A DNA stretch of 64,000 nucleotides from Halobacteriales archaeon (GTDB lineage Archaea > Halobacteriota > Halobacteria > Halobacteriales > SKSH01): contig JBKGZP010000003.1 in assembly GCA_046543335.1 (NCBI GenBank), positions 6,472-70,471 of the forward strand. Reading direction: 5' to 3'. Below are positions 57,448-64,000 of the stretch, piece by piece. The stretch's first letter is position 1. Every line of letters starts with the position of its first letter. The notes under the pieces are model-generated. The model ran no database searches. It had not been told where the DNA came from and saw nothing but the letters and a program-made list of their open reading frames with translations. Both the position numbers and the translations under genes were made by a program.

Positions 57448-57502
57448 GACGCGGGTAGACGGCGGCGAAACCCTTTCGGCCCCCTCGGTCGCCTCCGGAC
57501 GT

Positions 57503-59029
57503 ATGTCCACCATCGCGGACCGCGTCCTCGTGAACGCCGAGGTGCGCACCGTGACCGGCGAGGTGGCCGAGGCGGTCGCCATCGACGACGGTCGGATCGC
57601 CCGCGTCGGCGACGAGCGCCACGTCCGCCGGCTCGAGGGGGTCGCGACCGACGTCGTCGACTGCGGCGGTCGGGTCGTCCTGCCCGGCTTCGTCGACGCC
57701 CACACCCACCTGGTGAGCGTCGGTCGCCACCGGGTGCACGCCGATCTCTCCGAGGCGTCGAGCCGGCGAGAGGCCCTGGATCTGCTCGCGGCGGAGGCCG
57801 AGGCGACCGACGGCTGGGTCCTCGGCTTCGGCTACGACGAGAGCGCCTGGGACGACGACACGTTGCTCCGTCGGGACGATCTCGACGCCGTCAGCGTGGA
57901 TCGCCCCGTCGCCGCGATCCGCGTCGACATGCACACCGGCTCGATCAACACGGGGGCGCTCGAGCGCCTCGGCGACCGCCTCCCGGCGAGCGACGTCGAG
58001 ACCCGGGACGGTCGGCCGACGGGCGTGATCGTCGAGTCGGCCGTCGGGGCCGTCCGCGGCGAGACGACCGACACCCCCGAGTCCACCCGCGAGCTCGTCC
58101 TCGCGGCACAGGAGCACGCGCTCAGCCGCGGCGTCACGGCGGTCCACGACATGGTGCGCCACTCCCACGCCCCCCGCGTCTACCGCGACCTCGCGTCGGC
58201 GGGCCGCCTCCACCTGCGCGTGCGCATCAACTACTGGCGCGACCACCTCGACGCCGTCCTCGAGACGGGCCTCCGGACCAACCACGGCGACGCGCACGTC
58301 GAGGTCGGGGCGATCAAGTCGTTCACCGACGGTGCCATCGGCGGCCGGACCGCGAAGGTGCGCGAGTCGTTTCGCGACGGTGGCGGCACCGGTCAGTGGA
58401 TCCTCGACCCGTCGGGCGTGCGCGACCTGGTCGACCGCGTCGACGGGGCCGACCTCCAGCTCACGCTGCACGCCATCGGCGACGAGGCCATCGGGCGCAC
58501 CATCGACGCCATCGCGGACGGTGCCGACGACCCCGATGGGGCGCGCCACCGCATCGAGCACGTCGAGCTGGCGACCGACGAGCAGATCGAGCGCCTCGCG
58601 GAGACGGGCATCGTCGCGTCGATGCAGCCCAACTTCCTGAAGTGGGCCGAGCCGGACGGGCTGTACGACCGACGCCTCGGCCCGACGCGGAGCAAGGCGA
58701 GCAACCGACTCCGCGACCACCTCGACGCCGGCGTCCGCCTCGCCTTCGGCAGCGACTGCATGCCGATGGACCCCCTCGTCGGGATCCACTGGGCGGTCAA
58801 CGCCCGCGACGAGCGACAGCGCCTGACCATCGACGAGGCGATCGAGGCGTACACGCTCGGCGGTGCGTACGCCGGCTTCGACGAGGATCGCCTCGGCACC
58901 GTCGAGCCGGGCAAGCTCGCCGACCTGGTCGTGCTCGAGCGGTCCCCATGGGAGCACCCCGAGGCGATCGACGAGATCGACGTCTGGCGGACGCTGGTGG
59001 ACGGCGAGTTCGTCTTCCGTTCCGCCTGA
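57503..59029 (+). CDS. Metal-dependent amidohydrolase (Amidohydro_3-like)
   Basis: ATG 57503 (MSTIADRVLVNAEV). HxH metal motif FVDAHTHL and C-terminal motifs HAIGDEAI, IEHVE and GSDCMP. Confidence 0.85.
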   Translation: MSTIADRVLVNAEVRTVTGEVAEAVAIDDGRIARVGDERHVRRLEGVATDVVDCGGRVVLPGFVDAHTHLVSVGRHRVHADLSEASSRREALDLLAAEAEATDGWVLGFGYDESAWDDDTLLRRDDLDAVSVDRPVAAIRVDMHTGSINTGALERLGDRLPASDVETRDGRPTGVIVESAVGAVRGETTDTPESTRELVLAAQEHALSRGVTAVHDMVRHSHAPRVYRDLASAGRLHLRVRINYWRDHLDAVLETGLRTNHGDAHVEVGAIKSFTDGAIGGRTAKVRESFRDGGGTGQWILDPSGVRDLVDRVDGADLQLTLHAIGDEAIGRTIDAIADGADDPDGARHRIEHVELATDEQIERLAETGIVASMQPNFLKWAEPDGLYDRRLGPTRSKASNRLRDHLDAGVRLAFGSDCMPMDPLVGIHWAVNARDERQRLTIDEAIEAYTLGGAYAGFDEDRLGTVEPGKLADLVVLERSPWEHPEAIDEIDVWRTLVDGEFVFRSA

Positions 59030-59112
59030 GCCGGGCACCAGCTTCGGGACCCCCGACGGACCGCCGTCGCATCCATCGGTGGCCATTTCCCACCAGCGTG
59101 CGTACGAGGCAC

Positions 59113-59307
59113 ATGGGACGGAGCCTCCTGGAGGTCGTTCGCTCGCTGCCTCGGCGGAACCGAGACGAGGACGGCCAGGACGTCCCGTCGCTGTTGGACC
59201 GCTCCGTGCGAACCTCGCACGCCGATCCGGACGCCGAGATCGACCGCGAACTCGACCGGATCGAGGAGCAAGCCGACGCCCTCGAGGAGCACCACGAGCC
59301 CGACTGA
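59113..59307 (+). CDS. Small acidic hypothetical protein (64 aa)
   Basis: ATG 59113. Codon third positions are almost all G/C, as in neighbouring genes. The acidic composition (DPDAEIDRELDRIEEQADALEEHHEPD) is typical of halophile proteins. I recognise no motif. Confidence 0.45.
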   Translation: MGRSLLEVVRSLPRRNRDEDGQDVPSLLDRSVRTSHADPDAEIDRELDRIEEQADALEEHHEPD

Positions 59308-59313
59308 GCCGCC

Positions 59314-60045
59314 TCAGGGAGCCGGGTCGTCGATCGCCACCGGGAGGCCCCGACAGGCCACGTCGGCCGCGAACGCCGCGGCGTCGGCCTCGAGGATCGG
59401 GATCGTGTCGTAGTGGATGGGCACCGTGAGGTCGGGCGCAAGCCACGACGCGAGCTCGGCCGCGTCGCGGCGGTCCATGACGACGGAGCCACCGATGTTC
59501 GCGAGGTAGACGTCGGCATCGAGCTCGGCGAACGACTCGAGGAGGTCCGTGTCGCCGGGCCAGAAGATGCGCCGGTCGCCCACCGCCAGTACGTAGCCAC
59601 AGCCGAACCCCGGCGGATGCGACACCGCCTCGGCGTCTCCCAGGTTACGCGCGGGGGTGGTTCGGACGGTGACCCCTCGTACCTCGCAGGTCGTCCGCGG
59701 ACCGATGCGGACCACGTCGTGGGGCAGGCCGGCGACAGCCTCGACGTCGCGGTCGATGCGCGCGGCATCGACGGCCTCGAAGACGACGACGGTCGCATCG
59801 GGTCGGGCCACCCGGCGGATCCCGTCGGGGTCGTAGTGGTGGTCGTGGGTGACCAGCACGACGTCGCCGTCGCGCGCGTCGTAGCCCTCGAGCACGCCGT
59901 AGCGCCCCGGGTCGACGTACACGACGGGGCCCGCTCCGACGGCCACTCGCGCCGTCGCGTAGCCGATCCAGTCCACGGTGACGTCCCGCTGGCGCACGGT
60001 CATCGGCCCGGCCATCGGTGCCCTCGACGGTTGAATCTGTTCCAT
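59314..60045 (-). CDS. MBL-fold metallo-hydrolase
   Basis: 243 aa with motif LVTHDHHYDP (HxHxDH). Alternative starts at 60015 and 60003. Confidence 0.8.
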   Translation of the reverse strand: MEQIQPSRAPMAGPMTVRQRDVTVDWIGYATARVAVGAGPVVYVDPGRYGVLEGYDARDGDVVLVTHDHHYDPDGIRRVARPDATVVVFEAVDAARIDRDVEAVAGLPHDVVRIGPRTTCEVRGVTVRTTPARNLGDAEAVSHPPGFGCGYVLAVGDRRIFWPGDTDLLESFAELDADVYLANIGGSVVMDRRDAAELASWLAPDLTVPIHYDTIPILEADAAAFAADVACRGLPVAIDDPAP

Positions 60046-60127
60046 CCGGCCGGTCGTCGTCGGTCGCGGGCCCCTCCCGGACCGGAGGCGGTGGGATTAA
60101 CCGCCTCGGCCGAATCTGACGCGGTGG

Positions 60128-61294
60128 ATGTCGCCGACCGGCCGCTTCGTCCGAGCGAGCACCCCTCGCCTCCCCCGCGCGATGGTCGCCGTGGGCGGGG
60201 TGCTCCTCGCGCTCCACCTGTGGGGCGTGGTCCGGGCGATCCTCACCCACGGCCGACCGTTCGAGGGCCCCGACCACCTCGTCGCGCTCCTCACGGCGCT
60301 GCCGTTCGCCGCGCTCACGCTCGCGGTCGGGGGGTGGCTCGCCCGGTCCCCCCTCGCGCACGACCGCCACCCGCGGATCGCGGCCTGGTGGACGGTTGGC
60401 ATCGGTGCGTTCGCCGCGATCGCCGCGGTGCTGTTGGCACCGGACCCACCGGCGAGCGCGGTGGGGATCGTCGGTACCGTCGTGTGGACCGCCTCGATCG
60501 GCTCGGGGGTCGGCGCCACCATCGGCATCTCGGAGGGGCGGGCCATCCATCGGGCGGTCGTCGCCGAGCGACGGGCGGTGCGGTCCGCGGAGCTCGAGCG
60601 ACAGCGGGACGTCCTCGATTACCTCAACAGCGTGCTCCGCCACGAGGTCCTGAACACCGCCATGATCATCGACGGGTACGCCACGACGCTCCTCGAGGCG
60701 GGCGACCTGGGAGACCACGCGAGGGACCACCTCCGGACGATCCGGCGCCAGGCAGACGACATGACCCGCGTCATCGAGGACGTGCGGGTGCTGTTGCACC
60801 ATCCCGAGGCCGATCACGCCATCGAGCCGATCGAGCTCGCCCCGCTGCTCGAGGATGAGGTGCGAAAGCTTCGGGACCGCCATCCCGAGGCGTCGATCGA
60901 TGTCCGCGTCCCCGACGGGGTGCGCGTCCTGGCGGACGCGATGCTCCCGCGGGCGATCGCGAACCTGCTGAGCAACGCCGTCGAGCACAACGACGCCGAC
61001 GCCCCCCGCGTCGGGGTCGACGTGACGGTCGCCGACGGGGCGGTCCGGATTCACGTCACCGACGACGGCCCCGGCCTCCCACCCGATGCGATGGGCGACC
61101 TCTTCGATCGCGCGGCGGGTGCCGGCTCGTCACACGGCCTCGGCCTGTACATCGTCTCGCGGCTCGCCCGTCGCTACGACGGCTCGATCGAGGTCGCCGA
61201 GACGAATCCCGCGGGGACCACGTTCCTGCTGACGCTCCCGGTCGCCCCCGATGCGGACGAGCGCGCCACCGACCCGGTGGCGTCCGCCGGTTGA
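60128..61294 (+). CDS. Membrane-bound sensor histidine kinase
   Basis: 388 aa, about 4 N-terminal TM segments. H-box LRHEVLNT, N-box LLSNAVEHN, G1 DDGPGL, G2 GLGLYIV. Confidence 0.88.
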   Translation: MSPTGRFVRASTPRLPRAMVAVGGVLLALHLWGVVRAILTHGRPFEGPDHLVALLTALPFAALTLAVGGWLARSPLAHDRHPRIAAWWTVGIGAFAAIAAVLLAPDPPASAVGIVGTVVWTASIGSGVGATIGISEGRAIHRAVVAERRAVRSAELERQRDVLDYLNSVLRHEVLNTAMIIDGYATTLLEAGDLGDHARDHLRTIRRQADDMTRVIEDVRVLLHHPEADHAIEPIELAPLLEDEVRKLRDRHPEASIDVRVPDGVRVLADAMLPRAIANLLSNAVEHNDADAPRVGVDVTVADGAVRIHVTDDGPGLPPDAMGDLFDRAAGAGSSHGLGLYIVSRLARRYDGSIEVAETNPAGTTFLLTLPVAPDADERATDPVASAG

Positions 61295-61306
61295 CCGTTC
61301 CGAGCG

Positions 61307-62854
61307 CTACTCGAGGAGGTCCCGACCGGTCATCCCCGGCGGCACCTCGAGCCCGAGACGCGTGAGCAGCGTCGGCGCGACGTCCACGAGCGTGCCACCG
61401 CGACGGACGGACCGCCCCCCGTCGGTGCCGTCCGGCGCGACGTAGATGCACGGTACGGGGTTCGTCGTGTGCGCGGTGTGTGGCTCGCCGGGCGTGCCCA
61501 TGTCGTCGGCGTTGCCGTGGTCGGCGATGACGAGCACGTGCGCGCCGTCGAGCGCCTCGAGCAGGCGCCCGAGCTGGGCGTCGACCGCCTCGACGGCGGC
61601 CACCGCGGCGTCGAAGTCGCCCGTGTGGCCGACCATGTCGGGGTTGGCGTAGTTGAGCACGAGCACGTCCGGGTCGTCGGCCTCGAGGAGGGCGATGGTC
61701 CGGTCGGTCACCTCAGGCGCGCTCATCTCGGGCGCGCGGTCGTAGGTGGCCACGGCGGGGCTCGGGACGATTTCGCGGCGTTCGCCCGGGTAGCGCGTCT
61801 CGCGGCCGCCGTTGAGGAAGTACGTCACGTGGGCGTACTTCTCCGTCTCGGCGATGCGAAGCTGGGTGAGACCCGCGTCCGCGAGGGCGGCGCCGAGCGT
61901 CGCCGCTGGCTGGATCGTCTCGAAGGCCACGGGGAAAGGGAACGTCTCGTCGTACGCCGTCATCGTCGCGAGGTGGACCGACGGTGGGTCGGTCTCGAAC
62001 GGCCACGCCGGTTCGACGTCGCCGAGCATGCGCGCGAGCTGGCGGGCGCGATCGGCCCGGAAGTTGGCCATGAGGACCGCGTCCCCGTCGTCCACGGTGG
62101 GGGCGCCTCGCACCACCGTCGGCGCGACGAACTCGTCGGCCTCACCGGCGGCGTAGGCCCGTTCGATCGCGTCGCCGGCGTCGGTGGCGACGCGGGTGCC
62201 CAGCCCGTCGACCATCGCCTCGTACGCCCGCCGGGTGCGCGACCAGTTCCCGTCGCGGTCCATGGCGTAGTATCGCCCCGAGACGGTCGCCAGGTGCACG
62301 TCCGGATGCGCGTCGATCGCATGCGACAGCGGTCCGAGGAAGCGACGCGCGCACCGCGGTGGCGTGTCGCGACCGTCTGTGACGGCATGGACGGCCGTGG
62401 GGACGCCCGCGTCGGCGGCGGCCGAGAGGAGCGCCGTCAGGTGCGCCAGGTCGCCGTGGACGCCCCCGTCGGAGAGGAGGCCCCAGAGGTGGAGCCGACC
62501 GTCGCGGTTCGCCGCCACCTGGATCGCCTCGGCGATCGCCGGGACCGCGCCGAGGCGCCCCGCACCGATGGCCCGGTCGATGCGCATCGGCGGCTGTTCG
62601 AGAACCGCACCGGCGCCGATGGTGAGGTGGCCCACCGCGCTGTTCCCCATCTGACCCGGTGGGAGGCCGACGGTCTCTCCATCGGCCCTGAGGTGGCCGA
62701 CGGAGGCCGTCTCGAGCAGGCGATCGAACGTCGGTGTCTCGGCGGTGGCGATGGCGTCCCGACCGCCGGATCGCGGCTCCTCGATCGGGTCGCCAGCGAC
62801 CGGCCAGTGGTGGTTGATCCCCCACCCGTCGAGCACGATCAACGCCACCTCCAT
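61307..62854 (-). CDS. gpmI: 2,3-bisphosphoglycerate-independent phosphoglycerate mutase
   Basis: 515 aa with LIVLDGWG, SDGGVHG, ADHGNAD and HTTNPVP. Confidence 0.93.
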   Translation of the reverse strand: MEVALIVLDGWGINHHWPVAGDPIEEPRSGGRDAIATAETPTFDRLLETASVGHLRADGETVGLPPGQMGNSAVGHLTIGAGAVLEQPPMRIDRAIGAGRLGAVPAIAEAIQVAANRDGRLHLWGLLSDGGVHGDLAHLTALLSAAADAGVPTAVHAVTDGRDTPPRCARRFLGPLSHAIDAHPDVHLATVSGRYYAMDRDGNWSRTRRAYEAMVDGLGTRVATDAGDAIERAYAAGEADEFVAPTVVRGAPTVDDGDAVLMANFRADRARQLARMLGDVEPAWPFETDPPSVHLATMTAYDETFPFPVAFETIQPAATLGAALADAGLTQLRIAETEKYAHVTYFLNGGRETRYPGERREIVPSPAVATYDRAPEMSAPEVTDRTIALLEADDPDVLVLNYANPDMVGHTGDFDAAVAAVEAVDAQLGRLLEALDGAHVLVIADHGNADDMGTPGEPHTAHTTNPVPCIYVAPDGTDGGRSVRRGGTLVDVAPTLLTRLGLEVPPGMTGRDLLE

Positions 62855-62877
62855 GCCGGGTCCGTGGCGTTCGGGCG

Positions 62878-62934
62878 CTAATTAGGCTTCGAACACCCCC
62901 GCGGATGACACGAAGAGGCACAACTGATATTTAG
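62878..62934. promoter_or_regulatory. Divergent promoter with TATA candidates for gpmI (-) and the permease gene (+)
   Basis: The palindromic CTAATTAG (62878-62885) lies about 27 nt from the gpmI ATG at 62854. GATATTTAG (62926-62934) lies about 36 nt from ATG 62968. Confidence 0.4.
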
Positions 62935-62967
62935 TCCGCTTCGGAAGGTCCGCCAGTGAGGTAGTGT

Positions 62968-64000
62968 ATGGTAGACGCGGGGGTCTTTCACTGGGTGCTC
63001 AGCGGGATCGTGACCGGGAGCTACATCGCCCTCGGGGCGATCGGCCTCAGCCTCGTCTACAACATCTCGAAGGTGCCGAACTTCGCCCACGGGGAGCTGT
63101 TGACGCTCGGGGCGTACTTCGCCCTCTGGGTCAACCTCCCGTGGACGTTGCCGCTTCTCGAGCGAGTTTCCAGCGGGCCCGACGACATCGGGTACATCGT
63201 CCTCGGGGCACTCTTCGTGATCACCGCCGCCTCGACCCTCGGGACGATCTACATGCTCGGGGGGCACTCGGCCCTGGCGGGTCGGTACCTCCCCGGGGAT
63301 TTCGCCCCGATGGTCGGCTATGCATTCCATGGCCTCCTGGCGGTGGTGCTCGGGGCCGTCGTCGTCGCGAGCACCCCCAGCCTCTTGTCGGGGATGGTCT
63401 TCGCCGCCCTCGTCATGGGGGCGGTGACGCCGCTGCTCGATAAGTACCTCTTCGACCGATTCCGGAGCGCGGGCGCCTCGCTCGCCACGATGCTGATCGT
63501 CACCCTCGGGGTGGCGTTCTTCCTGCGCTACTCCGCCTCGGCGTACTACACCGGTCAGGTCCGGCGGTACGCCTACGCCGGCGAGTTCACGCTGTTCGGG
63601 ATCGACATCGACTACAGCACCTCGAAGGCGTTCGACTTCTTCCTCACCGACGGCGGAATCACGCTCCGGGTGGTCGACCGCGCCCCCGATCCCCCCGTCG
63701 CGATCGGCGTCTTCGAGTTCTCCTGGCTCGTCCTGGCGGTCATCGTCATCGGCACCGTCGGCGCCGCGTACGGCGCCTACCGCTGGCGCGGTGCCGGCAT
63801 CGGCGAGTACGAGTCCGCCCAGACGATCGGCCCCCGACTCGTCGGGGGCGTCGCCGGGGTCGTCGCGCTGCTCGCGATCGCAGCCATCCTCGGGAGCTCG
63901 GGCTCGACCCCGGAGAACGCCATCGCGTCGACCCAGGTCCGGACGACGTACCTCCGCCTCGGGGTGATCGTCCTCGCCGGGGCGGCGATGCTGGGTCTGC
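62968..64000 (+). CDS. Branched-chain amino acid ABC transporter permease (LivH-like), 3' end outside the window
   Basis: It is not in the ORF track because it runs off the window. My manual translation from ATG 62968 is open to nt 64000. MVDAGVFHWVLSGIVTGSYIALGAIGLSLVYNISKVPNFAHGELLTLGAYFAL matches the LivH/LivM N-terminal signature. Confidence 0.75.
   Translation, partial: MVDAGVFHWVLSGIVTGSYIALGAIGLSLVYNISKVPNFAHGELLTLGAYFALWVNLPWTLPLLERVSSGPDDIGYIVLGALFVITAASTLGTIYMLGGHSALAGRYLPGDFAPMVGYAFHGLLAVVLGAVVVASTPSLLSGMVFAALVMGAVTPLLDKYLFDRFRSAGASLATMLIVTLGVAFFLRYSASAYYTGQVRRYAYAGEFTLFGIDIDYSTSKAFDFFLTDGGITLRVVDRAPDPPVAIGVFEFSWLVLAVIVIGTVGAAYGAYRWRGAGIGEYESAQTIGPRLVGGVAGVVALLAIAAILGSSGSTPENAIASTQVRTTYLRLGVIVLAGAAMLGL

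Noticed and set aside
62855-62967. C/D-box sRNA-like elements (GGATGAC ... CTGA) in the gpmI / permease intergenic region.
   Set aside because: The C box is imperfect (GGAUGA instead of UGAUGA). The spacing between the boxes is only about 20 nt, and there are no C'/D' boxes or terminal stem. The region is better explained as a divergent promoter.

Overview
This is a very GC-rich, gene-dense chromosomal segment with about 65 protein-coding genes and almost no non-coding DNA. The proteins are acidic and of the Halobacteria type: a SAMP1 orthologue ending in GG, split NuoJ1/NuoJ2, fused NuoCD, an 11-gene nuo cluster without nuoEFG, split methylmalonyl-CoA mutase with MeaB, and archaeal ThrRS, GatD and RibL. 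This points to a haloarchaeon; the species cannot be determined by eye. The content is mostly core metabolism and housekeeping:
- purine, pyrimidine and flavin synthesis (purK, purE, pyrG, guaAb, ribL, ribH)
- the respiratory nuo cluster
- icd, hmgA, gpmI, thrS, gatD and map
- methylmalonyl-CoA mutase
- several ABC transporters

I saw no rRNA, tRNA, CRISPR array, transposase, integrase or recognisable defence island. I cannot support the claim that a new multi-gene system is present. The items worth a second look are individual genes and sites:
- a Rossmann/TrkA-N-like domain fused to a DHH-DHHA1 phosphoesterase, next to a CBS-ParB/Srx fusion
- a Vms1/VLRF1-like release-factor-fold protein with a coiled coil
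- a DUF1611 plus enolase-superfamily pair that looks like dgcN-dgcA
- SAMP1 beside two translationally coupled TrkA-C membrane paralogues
- a secreted, membrane-anchored bactofilin-repeat protein
- a JAMM protease translationally coupled to FAD synthase
- a strikingly AT-rich repeated motif in the divergent promoter of a Zn/Mn-type ABC importer

Many very long ORFs in the six-frame track are GC-driven shadow frames and were rejected. All family assignments come from motif recognition by eye, not from database searches.
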